Shown here: piece after piece, positions 1 through 9,199 of the stretch | How positions within the stretch are numbered: position 1 is the first letter of the stretch | How the letters are laid out: every line of letters starts with the position of its first letter | IMG/VR virus record: IMGVR_UViG_3300048672_001051 | Span: 124,001-188,000 of that record | Strand: one strand, 5' to 3' | DNA length: 64,000 bases | Position numbers and translations under genes: made by a program | The notes under the pieces: generated by a model | Databases searched by the model: none | What the model saw: the letters and a program-made list of their open reading frames with translations, nothing else | Told to the model about the DNA's origin: nothing

Positions 1-234
1 AGGTTTAGCTGAAAACATATAATTAACTCTATCAATAAAGTGATAACCGTTAAGTATAATTAAAGATCCGCCAGTATCAACAAGAGTCCAAATTAAAGAA
101 TCATGATTTTTTGAAATAAACTCAAGATCTTTGCCATATGTTTCAAAAAGACCGGCCTCATTTCCAGATTCTGTGGGGCCTAAATAGGGTGAATATTGTT
201 CAACCCACTCATCATAAGTTAAATTTGTAGACAT
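1..234 (-). CDS. Hypothetical phage protein, runs off window edge
   Basis: Manual translation from ATG at 234: [14 protein letters not shown]...[10 protein letters not shown]...IWTLVD...[11 protein letters not shown]; open to position 1. Confidence 0.7.
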   Translation of the reverse strand, partial: MSTNLTYDEWVEQYSPYLGPTESGNEAGLFETYGKDLEFISKNHDSLIWTLVDTGGSLIILNGYHFIDRVNYMFSAKP

Positions 235-362
235 GCCAAAGTACCTAAGTTAAAGACTGTTAACAAATAGTTGCACCAAAGACTGTCTGATGAACCGCGA
301 AACGTTGGTATACCAGACTCGGCGCTAATTCCAGCGCCTGTTATAAAAACTAAATTTTCCAC
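219..362 (-). pseudogene. 47-aa N-terminal stub of a Sir2/CobB sirtuin
   Basis: Manual translation: [31 protein letters not shown] then stop; start overlaps upstream TAG (TAGTG), GAGG SD upstream; not in ORF track. Confidence 0.75.
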
Positions 363-1747
363 TAAGTTAAGTCCTCAGATAACCCTGTAGTCTTAAGTGA
401 TAATTCCCAATGCATATCTATAAACCTAATTATAGCTTGAGCATCAACATCAGCACTAAATACAATATTTGGACCGTGATGATTTAGATGAACTACCCAA
501 ATTAATTGGCCATTGTCAAGATAATACTCACGTAAACCTTGTATTGTGTTTTCAGCACAACTTAAACTTATTGTTTTATCAATAGCATTGTGGGAACCAC
601 ACTCAGCTTCAAATTGAGACTTACAATTAATAAAGTCCCTACTAGCTGACTTTAAAGGGCAATGAAAATGGACAATACAATCTAATGTCGGATATGCATC
701 AAATACAGATCTTTGAGTCTGACCGCCAACAGATGGCTTAGCACCATAAGCATAAATATGATCTGGGCCATCTGTAACAACTTTAACTAAACCTAAAGAC
801 TCTAATTCATTAAAATTAGATTTACGCATGGATGTTAAGAAAGTATTAGAACTTATACGCTGTGCAAAATGCCCAACGGATCCGATCTTACCAGTACCAT
901 CACCTACAGTGAAAGTTTTATAAGCGCCTTTACTTGTAACGTAGTTTACAACGTCTCTAAGAGTGCTAGCGACTTCTTCTGAGTTCCAAGGTACCAATGC
1001 ACTATCAATTACAGTAGAGCGCGTAAACGCTAAATTAGAGCGCTTAATGGCCATATCTACTAATGCTTCTAGTGCATCCTCTCTGGTATTATACCAATAA
1101 GAAGATTCTTCAGGTGTAATTAAACCATTATTTAAAATATCTGGGGAGACATCGTTTACAAAAACAATATTGGCTGAAGATTGTTTTACCAATTTCAGTC
1201 CACGTTCAAACTGAATTTCTTTAGATTTCCCACAAGTGGTTTTAAAACCAACCAATAAAATATCTTTACGAGTTTTACGAATTTTATTAATTACTTTTTC
1301 ATAAGGCTCTAGAGCTAATTCTGCTGAAGCAACATTATGAAGTCTTTCTGCATATTTGTTAAACATTGGTGCATTTAAATCACGGCAAACTCTTGTATAC
1401 CTATGGCCAACATTTAAATTATCTCTAGCGTGATACTTTAAATGTGTAGGTTTAAATTCAACCATGGCGATATTGAATACAACAATACGAACATCTGGGT
1501 CTTCAATAATTCTATCGACTTCTGAAGAAACATCTTCAGGCGTATCCATAGTACTATTAGCAGGATCTGCCATCTTAGTTAATTTTAAAATAACATCCAT
1601 TTTATTTTGTGGATGTTCTTTAAAAAGCTGCTCTAATTGCCTAGCAGTATTGCCGTAAGCAGGTGCAGACAATGCAAAATGATTGTAAACATAGGAGTTA
1701 GTGCCACCACCTAAAATTACTATTTTTTTGTTAGCTGGTAAAGCCAT
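362..1747 (-). CDS. CoaB/DFP-like domain fused to class II aldolase-like domain
   Basis: [14 protein letters not shown] and IVFVND resemble CoaB/DFP; C-terminal CIVHFHCP and LNHHG resemble class II aldolase metal motifs. Confidence 0.55.
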   Translation of the reverse strand: MALPANKKIVILGGGTNSYVYNHFALSAPAYGNTARQLEQLFKEHPQNKMDVILKLTKMADPANSTMDTPEDVSSEVDRIIEDPDVRIVVFNIAMVEFKPTHLKYHARDNLNVGHRYTRVCRDLNAPMFNKYAERLHNVASAELALEPYEKVINKIRKTRKDILLVGFKTTCGKSKEIQFERGLKLVKQSSANIVFVNDVSPDILNNGLITPEESSYWYNTREDALEALVDMAIKRSNLAFTRSTVIDSALVPWNSEEVASTLRDVVNYVTSKGAYKTFTVGDGTGKIGSVGHFAQRISSNTFLTSMRKSNFNELESLGLVKVVTDGPDHIYAYGAKPSVGGQTQRSVFDAYPTLDCIVHFHCPLKSASRDFINCKSQFEAECGSHNAIDKTISLSCAENTIQGLREYYLDNGQLIWVVHLNHHGPNIVFSADVDAQAIIRFIDMHWELSLKTTGLSEDLT

Positions 1748-1754
1748 TATATTT

Positions 1755-2606
1755 TTACTCTAAGAAGAGTTTAAAAAACTCTTTTGTTGGAATTTTAACA
1801 CCGCTAGACATCTGATGCCCGCCACCACCAAGCTCTTTAGCTATTTCTGAAACATCTACACCAGTCTCAACTGATCTAAAACTAACATGTGCAACATCCC
1901 CACGTATTTCATACATAATAGAAAAAGTATATGGATTTGCTTTAGCTAAAGCATTTCCAACATGACTACTAAATTTGTAATAACAATTACAAATAGGTAC
2001 AAACATATCTTTATATTTAATTATAGTAGAATTCTCAACACACTGAGATATACACTTATCGTAATACTTTTTAATTATAGTACCTTGATTTATTAAAAAA
2101 TTAGTATGTACTGTACTTTCAGTTATAGACTTTTCTAAAACAACTGAATAGGTTTCTAGATTAAATGGTTCTAATTCAATAGCCATTAAGTATTCTTGAG
2201 TGTTAGAATACTTCCAATTCCATAAATCTCTATCTTCAACATACTTTATTAAATCTGGTACAGCCTTATTAGGATAAAAATAATCCCAAGTAAGTCCAGC
2301 GCCAGACTTTTCTAAACTAACATAAGGTGTAAATTTAGGGTGATTAAATATTGGCGCCAAAGCTTCAATTGCAGTCTTATGGTGATCAATAAAATAAACA
2401 TGATTTGCTGTTAGCAACATTTTTGAAACAACTTCGAGACTGTAAGAAAAATCTACAAAGTAAACATTCTTACCTACAACAGAAGGTGGAGCATCCGTAT
2501 AATTTCCTGGAAAATACTCAGCTTGATCTTTAAAATGTAGTTTAGTTACAGCAGCTGCTGCAAAACCGTCGGAACAGTTGTTGTGATAAATAACTATATT
2601 ATTCAT
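1755..2606 (-). CDS. DHH/DHHA1 phosphoesterase (oligoribonuclease-like)
   Basis: YHNNCSDGF, FVDF, IDHHKT, EDRDLW, GGGGH motifs. Confidence 0.9.
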   Translation of the reverse strand: MNNIVIYHNNCSDGFAAAAVTKLHFKDQAEYFPGNYTDAPPSVVGKNVYFVDFSYSLEVVSKMLLTANHVYFIDHHKTAIEALAPIFNHPKFTPYVSLEKSGAGLTWDYFYPNKAVPDLIKYVEDRDLWNWKYSNTQEYLMAIELEPFNLETYSVVLEKSITESTVHTNFLINQGTIIKKYYDKCISQCVENSTIIKYKDMFVPICNCYYKFSSHVGNALAKANPYTFSIMYEIRGDVAHVSFRSVETGVDVSEIAKELGGGGHQMSSGVKIPTKEFFKLFLE

Positions 2607-2665
2607 TTTTAATTAACTAGTTTTTAATATATTGCTATTATAAATAGCGTGTATTTGTTTAGATA

Positions 2666-2896
2666 CTAACAAGTGAGTTCAGGCTTTATTCTCGTGTAAT
2701 ACAAACTCTTCGGGAAGCTAAAACTATCTGGAAATTCTTTTAAAATATCTGAAGTGATATTCGGTGTCTCTTTTTTAAACACTAAATTTAAATGATCTTT
2801 TATAACTTTAACTTGTAGTGGTGTTATTGTTTCTGAATTAGAAAGTTCAAAAAAACCTTGGAGCCAATAACAGAAAAGTTCAGGATTATTAGTCAT
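2666..2896 (-). CDS. Hypothetical protein
   Basis: 76-aa ORF in operon; FCYWLQGFFEL...IKDHLNLVF is phage-like. Confidence 0.7.
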   Translation of the reverse strand: MTNNPELFCYWLQGFFELSNSETITPLQVKVIKDHLNLVFKKETPNITSDILKEFPDSFSFPKSLYYTRIKPELTC

Positions 2897-3180
2897 TATA
2901 AATCCACCATATTTAAAACACTGTTTAAAGTTTGAGTGTTAATCTCAAGCTCTGAATAGCAAGCGCGAATCTGTTTAGCTAAAGGCGATACATTAGGACT
3001 TCCAATAGCGCCTGAAATTGGTTGATCTTCAGGTTGAGGACTTTTTAAAACAGGCGTCAAAACTTGAAGCAGCTTGCTAATAACTGAAGATTGATTGTTA
3101 ATCTGAGCTTGCAAATTTGCAAGCTCAGATGTTAACGTAACTTCAGAGGGTGGTTTTAAAAATTGTTGAGGTTGTTGCAT
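2896..3180 (-). CDS. Hypothetical coiled-coil protein
   Basis: 94-aa ORF; its stop overlaps the start of the next gene. Confidence 0.65.
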   Translation of the reverse strand: MQQPQQFLKPPSEVTLTSELANLQAQINNQSSVISKLLQVLTPVLKSPQPEDQPISGAIGSPNVSPLAKQIRACYSELEINTQTLNSVLNMVDL

Positions 3181-3184
3181 AAAA

Positions 3185-3610
3185 TTATGCTTCCGGGTTA
3201 AATTTAATTATATTTGAAAATTTTTTAAAATGTTGTTTAAGAAATGGTTTTATTACAGGTTTACCATCAAGCCAAATACCTACAAAGATAATTGCTAGAC
3301 TAATAACTACGTAAAAAAGTATTGTCAAATAACTTACAAGTAACGCTAAAGCCGAGCTTAGAGTGTCAAGCTGCCAAGCAATTATAGGTGAAGTTACAAC
3401 AATTAAAATTGGAGCTAAAATTAAAAGTACTAGACCTGTAATAAAAATATTAAACAAAGTTGCTTTTAAAAAAGCAAAAGTATCATTAAATGCGCCAGTA
3501 CTTTCTGGGTAATTATCTGACTCTGGTTCTAAACAACCAAAAAGATAAAGACGAGAATGATAACTTTGATAAAATTTATAGATAGCTGAATGCCTAGTGA
3601 CAGTGAACAT
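3185..3610 (-). CDS. Membrane protein
   Basis: Two long hydrophobic segments. Confidence 0.7.
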   Translation of the reverse strand: MFTVTRHSAIYKFYQSYHSRLYLFGCLEPESDNYPESTGAFNDTFAFLKATLFNIFITGLVLLILAPILIVVTSPIIAWQLDTLSSALALLVSYLTILFYVVISLAIIFVGIWLDGKPVIKPFLKQHFKKFSNIIKFNPEA

Positions 3611-3619
3611 AAATAGACT

Positions 3620-4729
3620 CTAAGTGCAGGTTTTTAAACAACGTAAAACTGCTTGTGGGTATAAAGTCTTGAAGTGATCTTCAAGATTAAAATTTGGATC
3701 TTGTTTAAGCTTAAATAAAAAAGCTTTGCAAGGGTAATGTTTAACAGATTCTGCAAAATCTTTAGCAGAAAGAGCTGAGTCTATGCTGTTAAAAATAGTA
3801 TAAACATCTAAATAAAATTTATCTAAAGTGCTAAGTAATGTATCTATACAAAATTTATACTCAGGACAATAAGCAAGATACTCATGATATTCACCGCTGA
3901 GACATAATTCAATAGCTCTAACTGGTGTTAAAAAGTTACCTTTCAAATGATGTACTTTTAAATATGCATCAGATTTAACTTTAAGACGTAAGTTGTTAAC
4001 ATCTCTTAAAACAAAACCTTCTTGAAGATCTGGTAATAAATTTGCTGCTAAAACAATACTATCAAAAGTTGTAAAAGAATACTTTAAAGGCCTGTGAACA
4101 TTTAAATCTAATGCTATAGTATCAAGAATATCAGTAGTTGTATCATATCCACTTATGTTATTAAAACAACCTAAAAGAAATATTTTAGGTTCTTCGTACA
4201 TATGAACAACTTTATTATCCATAGTGCACAATTCAAAACAATACGTAAATTGTTTATCAAGCTTACTGTAAAATACTGATATGTCTTGACCTGTAGTTTC
4301 AGTGAAAGTTTTAATAAACAAATCTTTAAAAGAAATTAAAGATTCTTTTTCAAACATTGCACTTAACTGTTGGACAGGTGATTCACCATTAGGTGTACCA
4401 TTAGTACCAATTTCAAAAGACTCTGTCAGTTCATTATACCAAACGCCAATAATAGAACCATCTTCTTTAGATTCAATGGTGCAGTTTTCAAATTGAAATT
4501 TAAGATCATTTTCAGGAAATTCTCCTAAATTAAAAAATCTTGGAAACATTCGGCGGACAATTTTCATATCAGACTTACGTACAACAGTGCCACGACAATT
4601 ATGAACAATGGCAGATTCTCTAGGACTTTTTAATTGGTCATAGCTTAAAAGTATATGATCACCGTAATCACGGATATTTACAGATAAATCTGTTAAAGTT
4701 TGAAGTAATGGCTGTAATAAAATATTCAT
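3620..4729 (-). CDS. T4 Rnl1-like RNA ligase
   Basis: Nucleotidyltransferase motifs SKEDGS, CFELCT, EGFVLRD, LKVKSDAY. Confidence 0.85.
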   Translation of the reverse strand: MNILLQPLLQTLTDLSVNIRDYGDHILLSYDQLKSPRESAIVHNCRGTVVRKSDMKIVRRMFPRFFNLGEFPENDLKFQFENCTIESKEDGSIIGVWYNELTESFEIGTNGTPNGESPVQQLSAMFEKESLISFKDLFIKTFTETTGQDISVFYSKLDKQFTYCFELCTMDNKVVHMYEEPKIFLLGCFNNISGYDTTTDILDTIALDLNVHRPLKYSFTTFDSIVLAANLLPDLQEGFVLRDVNNLRLKVKSDAYLKVHHLKGNFLTPVRAIELCLSGEYHEYLAYCPEYKFCIDTLLSTLDKFYLDVYTIFNSIDSALSAKDFAESVKHYPCKAFLFKLKQDPNFNLEDHFKTLYPQAVLRCLKTCT

Positions 4730-4735
4730 AAAATC

Positions 4736-5665
4736 TCAACGAAAAGAACAATTATATCTAGACAATGATCTTGAAAGATCGGGTGATTGTAAATTAAAAA
4801 TTGCAATATATTGTGCAAGAGAATAATAGTCTGCAGGTTGTTTAAAAAACCAAGTTAAAAATAATTGCTGTCTGGAGTAATTATAACCAAACATTTTATA
4901 ATAGATGTCGTGTTCATCGAGCAATAATTGTAGAAGCTTATCGGAATAATTTCTTCGAAAAATACTGACAATTAGTGTAAAACTTGTTTTAGTATATAAG
5001 TTAGATAAGCAAATAAGCTTCCTAGCTCTATCAGCATCAATACGTCGAGTTAGTTGTACAAAAATTAAATAATGCGTAATCTTATCTAGCCCGAGATATT
5101 CTTCAAAAGGTAAACTTGTAACTACCACAGGCATATTATATTGCTGCAAAGAATCGGCTAAGCCTGCATAGTAAAGCTCTGCAACCTTTCGATACTTAGG
5201 TCTCTCTGTATTATATAAATTTAATAAATAATTATTAGTATCAGTAGTTATTGAAGCTAATTTATTCATATTATAACGTCTAACAGCACTACCTTTTCTG
5301 TAAGAACTGGCAGCTCTAATTTTAAGAATAGGTATTAAATGCTGCAAGTTTGTCATCAAATATTCATAAAAAGCAGCATTTAAAGTTTTAGTCAAACCTT
5401 TAATTGTTATACCATACTCTTGAAAAAATTTCTGATAAACAGTTGGAAAATATAGTGTAGGTTGAATGCCAAGGCGGTTAAGCGCATTGGAGCCGTAATT
5501 TTGCAATTGCCGCATTATTATATGAGCAGTTTGAGTAATTGAATAAGAGTTAAAAGGAAAACTTAAGAGTGGAGTTTGAGTGTCAACAAGAAGCACATCT
5601 AATCTAAATAATAGACGTGCTTCGTCACAGCTGACTACCTGAACTCTAAAAGGTAGAGTAGACAT
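4736..5665 (-). CDS. Hypothetical protein
   Basis: 309-aa ORF in operon, no recognised motif. Confidence 0.7.
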   Translation of the reverse strand: MSTLPFRVQVVSCDEARLLFRLDVLLVDTQTPLLSFPFNSYSITQTAHIIMRQLQNYGSNALNRLGIQPTLYFPTVYQKFFQEYGITIKGLTKTLNAAFYEYLMTNLQHLIPILKIRAASSYRKGSAVRRYNMNKLASITTDTNNYLLNLYNTERPKYRKVAELYYAGLADSLQQYNMPVVVTSLPFEEYLGLDKITHYLIFVQLTRRIDADRARKLICLSNLYTKTSFTLIVSIFRRNYSDKLLQLLLDEHDIYYKMFGYNYSRQQLFLTWFFKQPADYYSLAQYIAIFNLQSPDLSRSLSRYNCSFR

Positions 5666-5679
5666 AAAGAGTTTTTAAA

Positions 5680-6261
5680 TTAACGCCGACGGCTAGACGA
5701 ACTGCTAACACTACGGACTGAACGAGTAGAAGACTTACTAAAAGACGGTTTACTTGAATAGTTTGAAGAAGATGGTTTGTTAATAACAGGCTTAGGTGCT
5801 TGAGGCTTAACAACAACTGTTTTATTAATAATTACAGTTTTCTTAACTTGTTGTGGTTGCCGATTATAGCTACCATAATTGTTAGAATTCCCATAGTTAT
5901 TGTTATAGCGGTTGTCATAGCCATAATCTGATGAGCGATTGTTATTACTCATAGCACTAGTTAGCGCAGCACCTGCAACGGCACCAATTGCAGCACCAGC
6001 CAATGCATCACCCATACCACTGTCTTGTTGTACAATGACAGGTTGCTGTGTTGGTTGTTGTACAACCACAGGCTGTTGATACTGTTCAGCAGGCGGCTCA
6101 GATGTATAATACACAGGCGCTGGAGGCTGTTGTGTTTGAACAGGCGCAGAAGTGCGAATCACTTTTGAAACAGCAGGCTCTGAATCATCAGAGCATGCTG
6201 TAAGTGGAAACGCAACTGCTAATGCTAAACAAACAATAAGAGATTTTCGATAATTTAACAT
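5680..6261 (-). CDS. Lipoprotein with low-complexity Q/N/S-rich tail
   Basis: Signal peptide with lipobox LTAC; QQP and NNYG repeats; basic Ser-rich C-terminus. Confidence 0.75.
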   Translation of the reverse strand: MLNYRKSLIVCLALAVAFPLTACSDDSEPAVSKVIRTSAPVQTQQPPAPVYYTSEPPAEQYQQPVVVQQPTQQPVIVQQDSGMGDALAGAAIGAVAGAALTSAMSNNNRSSDYGYDNRYNNNYGNSNNYGSYNRQPQQVKKTVIINKTVVVKPQAPKPVINKPSSSNYSSKPSFSKSSTRSVRSVSSSSSRRR

Positions 6262-6277
6262 ACAGTTGGCGCTCAGT

Positions 6278-6730
6278 TTAAGATTGAACTTTATATTTTG
6301 AAGAGTACCGTTTCAGAATCAAATCAGCGCCTTTAATCAAAACAGACTGCATTGACTCATCTTCGCCTTTTGGCAAAGTAATCAAACGTTTGGTAAGACT
6401 AGCAGCAGTAGCTTCATCTTCAATAGGCAGCAAAGACGCATGAAGTGCATCTGCAGCAATTTTCAAACCAAGGGCACGAGAGAAGTTACACTCTTCACCA
6501 CAAATTGACAACGCCATGTGAACTTCGTCGACATCATTCAAAACACCGGCAATAGTGGCACCGCCACCAATCAGTTCTGGAATGCTAAGTTCTTTTTGAA
6601 CAGCAGGTGTGCAGAAAGTACGACGATCATCTACGTAGTTACGTAGGTGAATAGCGGCAACAACTGGCTCAACACCAGGATTTACACGACGAGCAGAAGC
6701 TTCGAGACTTTTTTGAGCAGGAGAGGTCAT
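6278..6730 (-). CDS. Hypothetical phage protein
   Basis: 150 aa; ALSICGEECNFSRALGLKIA resembles a common phage motif. Confidence 0.7.
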   Translation of the reverse strand: MTSPAQKSLEASARRVNPGVEPVVAAIHLRNYVDDRRTFCTPAVQKELSIPELIGGGATIAGVLNDVDEVHMALSICGEECNFSRALGLKIAADALHASLLPIEDEATAASLTKRLITLPKGEDESMQSVLIKGADLILKRYSSKYKVQS

Positions 6731-6732
6731 TA

Positions 6733-7074
6733 TTATTTCATACCTTTTTTAAGTTCACTTTTATGCACATTTTCAACTTTGGTTACAAATTTGATTGTTT
6801 GTGCAATGCCGTTAGCCACGTCTTTAGTGACAGTGGGGATATTACTTCGAATATAGGAAGTAACTGTGGCGTTACTTTGAAGCCAGCCGAGTTTATTTTT
6901 TGGTTTTTTACGAATGTTAGCAGAGCCAACAACAGTTAGAGCTTGAGCAGCTTTAACATCATTTGGAAACTTTTTGACATGTTTTTCAATTTTGCTACGC
7001 TTATTTTTGATAAACGAGCCGAGCTGTTGATAAACGGTGCCTTTTGACGGTTTACCACCTTTTTGGGGAGCCAT
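6733..7074 (-). CDS. Basic hypothetical protein
   Basis: 113 aa, Lys-rich, AAGGA SD upstream. Confidence 0.7.
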   Translation of the reverse strand: MAPQKGGKPSKGTVYQQLGSFIKNKRSKIEKHVKKFPNDVKAAQALTVVGSANIRKKPKNKLGWLQSNATVTSYIRSNIPTVTKDVANGIAQTIKFVTKVENVHKSELKKGMK

Positions 7075-7160
7075 GAAAATAAATCCTTAAAGATAAAAGG
7101 GAGGGGAGAGATTAGGGTCTTTAAGAAGCAGAGTAACAATCTACACTTAAAGACCCAGGA

Positions 7161-7234
7161 GGTTTCGAATGCGGGATTTGAACCCGCGATGACGCCTTGA
7201 AAGGGCATTGTTATAACCGCTTAACTAATTCGAA
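7161..7234 (-). tRNA. tRNA-Glu(TTC)
   Basis: Cloverleaf; anticodon loop CT-TTC-AA; T-loop TTCAAAT; ends CC-T. Confidence 0.9.
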
Positions 7235-7246
7235 ATAGTATTTAAT

Positions 7247-7322
7247 TGGAGCTACCTATAGGACTCGAACCTATAACAGGCTGATTACAAATCAGCTACT
7301 CTACCAATTGAGTTAAGGAAGC
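7247..7322 (-). tRNA. tRNA-Thr(TGT)
   Basis: GCTGA-TT-TGT-AA-TCAGC; CCA encoded. Confidence 0.95.
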
Positions 7323-7323
7323 T

Positions 7324-7521
7324 TTAAGTAGCATCTGAAATCTTAGAAACTTCGACTACAGAAGAACATTTTAAACATTTAATATAATAAAGAGTATAGT
7401 CAACATCCCAAACAGAACCAAGTTTTGTTTGAATATCAGTTTGAGAGTACTGTAAAAGAGTATAGCACCTCTTACACACAACTCTACTAAAAGAACCAAC
7501 CATACCAACCATACTGACCAT
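7324..7521 (-). CDS. Small Zn-ribbon protein
   Basis: CKRC and CLKC pairs. Confidence 0.55.
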   Translation of the reverse strand: MVSMVGMVGSFSRVVCKRCYTLLQYSQTDIQTKLGSVWDVDYTLYYIKCLKCSSVVEVSKISDAT

Positions 7522-7547
7522 GCTAGCTATCTCAATAATATTAAATT

Positions 7548-7624
7548 TGGTGCTACGGGCTGGAATCGAACCAGCGACACCTGGATTTTCAATCCAGTGC
7601 TACTACCAACTGAGCTACCGAAGC
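7548..7624 (-). tRNA. tRNA-Phe(GAA)
   Basis: CTGGA-TT-GAA-AA-TCCAG; CCA encoded. Confidence 0.95.
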
Positions 7625-7629
7625 AAAAT

Positions 7630-7870
7630 ATTAGCCGATGCCTAATAAAGCGATACTCAGTTCTTAACACTTGACCTCGCTCGAGGGTGCTGCTCGGATC
7701 CGCAAACAAGTTTGTTTGTTCTTTAGAGACCGTCGGACATATAAACGGTCTTTTGTGAAAGTTAACTTTCACAAATCATTGTAAGCAGATAAAAATACTT
7801 AAGCTGGTTTATTTGCCTAACATGCGAAGTAAGCCTAAGACAACAAAACTACTTACAATGATTTGTGAAA
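7630..7870. ncRNA. Candidate structured RNA or switch
   Basis: Perfect 19-bp inverted repeat 7767-7785/7852-7870, alternative partner 7752-7760, GC-rich hairpins at 7675-7703. Confidence 0.35.
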
Positions 7871-7899
7871 AAACCTAGAGTAACTATACTCTAGGTTTT
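7870..7899. terminator. Intrinsic terminator-like hairpin
   Basis: AAAACCTAGAG-8nt-CTCTAGGTTTT. Confidence 0.6.
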
Positions 7900-8269
7900 A
7901 ACAATACAACAATTACATGACACTTAGCCAAGCTGATTGTTTACCTTGACGCCTTGCATGCTTTTTACGATCACGTAAGTTACACATTCTATAAGGAAAA
8001 CAGCATCCAAATTTACAAGCAGCTTGGGGGAATATCTGAACGTTTAACGCCATAAGCTTTCAAAGTCAGACAAGCCCAAAGCTTTCAGCAATGCCGTCAC
8101 CATCAAACACACCCAGACCATAGCCAGCAGTCTTTGCATGAGCAGGTGAAGCAAGTACACTATACTGCATAAAAATACCTCTTTGTTTGTGATAATTAAA
8201 TGAGTACTAAAAGTACACGTTGTATTTGTGCAATTAAGCACAAAGCAGTTGTTTATTTCAAACAACTGC

Positions 8270-8364
8270 TGGCGGTAAGTGTGGGGTACGATCCCACAAC
8301 CCGATTCATCATCAGGCTCTAGTTTTCAGGACTAGTGCAATTATTCCATTTCTGCCAACTTACC
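8270..8364 (-). tRNA. tRNA-Ser(TGA)
   Basis: CTAGT-CC-TGA-AA-ACTAG; long variable arm; G73; T-loop ATCGTAC. Confidence 0.9.
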
Positions 8365-8368
8365 GTTG

Positions 8369-8457
8369 TGGAAAAAGAGCTAGGATTCGAACCTAGGACA
8401 GCTCACGCACGACGGAGTCAAATTCCGTTGTGTTGAACCAGACTTCACCACTCTTCT
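8369..8457 (-). tRNA. tRNA with TTG (Gln) anticodon on a class II long-variable-arm body
   Basis: ACGGA-AT-TTG-AC-TCCGT; 15-nt extra arm; 3-bp D stem; T73; CCA. Confidence 0.8.
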
Positions 8458-8460
8458 ATT

Positions 8461-8537
8461 TGGTGCGGAAAGCGGGACTCGAACCCGCAGCATCTGAAAT
8501 CTAAATCCAGCGTGTTTGCCAATTTCACCATTTCCGC
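8461..8537 (-). tRNA. tRNA-Leu(TAG) with short variable loop
   Basis: CTGGA-TT-TAG-AT-TTCAG; 5-nt variable loop ATGCT; A73; CCA. Confidence 0.9.
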
Positions 8538-8540
8538 AAA

Positions 8541-8615
8541 GGTACATCGTAATGGATTCGAACCATTGACCTACTCCTTGTAAGGGAGCCGCGCTACCAA
8601 CTGCGCTAACGATGC
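8541..8615 (-). tRNA. tRNA-Val(TAC)
   Basis: GCTCC-CT-TAC-AA-GGAGT; ends CC-T. Confidence 0.92.
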
Positions 8616-8670
8616 ATCTAACAAGAGCCTAACATAAGTATGCTCTTGTATTTTAAAAATTTATTAAAAA

Positions 8671-8765
8671 TGGTGTATGCAGTAGGAATCGAACCTACAC
8701 TGTGATCATTAATCCGGGATCGCGTTTACAGCGCGGTGCAACCAACCAATAGTTGCATTACATAC
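8671..8765 (-). tRNA. tRNA-Tyr(GTA)
   Basis: CT-GTA-AA loop; long variable arm; CCA. Confidence 0.92.
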
Positions 8766-8778
8766 ATGGAAAAAATCG

Positions 8779-9165
8779 TTATAAATAACGATTTACTAGA
8801 ATTGCATCGCAATTCGAAACATAAACATCGTGAGCATAATAACCGTTATGCTCATTATAAACAGTAATTTGAAACAAACCTTTAGTAGTTTCAATATTTA
8901 CAAAGATACAGTTGTCAGCTTGCACTTCTTTCAATTTTAAAGTTGTCAAATTTAAAGCGCTGTCTACTACAGAAACAGATAAAACTTGAGAATCAATAAA
9001 ATCATCAAAATTATCTAGAGAACTGAGGTAACCGTAAGATTCACAACATTTCCGTCCTTCCTGTATACCTACACCGATACACCCAGAAGATGTTTCAATT
9101 ACAAATCCAACATATCTTAAGTGTCCAACTACAAAAGAAGATTCTGATATACTTAAAATTTTCAC
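8779..9165 (-). CDS. Conserved phage hypothetical protein
   Basis: CCESYGY and YNEHNGYYAH motifs; TTG/GTG-type start. Confidence 0.7.
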   Translation of the reverse strand: MKILSISESSFVVGHLRYVGFVIETSSGCIGVGIQEGRKCCESYGYLSSLDNFDDFIDSQVLSVSVVDSALNLTTLKLKEVQADNCIFVNIETTKGLFQITVYNEHNGYYAHDVYVSNCDAILVNRYL

Positions 9166-9199
9166 ACAATAACCTCAATCTAAAAAATAACTACTACAA

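Noticed and set aside
7527-7772. 81-aa ORF
   Set aside because: Reads through tRNA-Phe and hairpins; shadow ORF.
7914-8180. Possible tmRNA or small ORFs
   Set aside because: No tRNA-like ends or Ala-terminal tag. Short frames (34 and 46 aa) exist but I cannot choose one with confidence.
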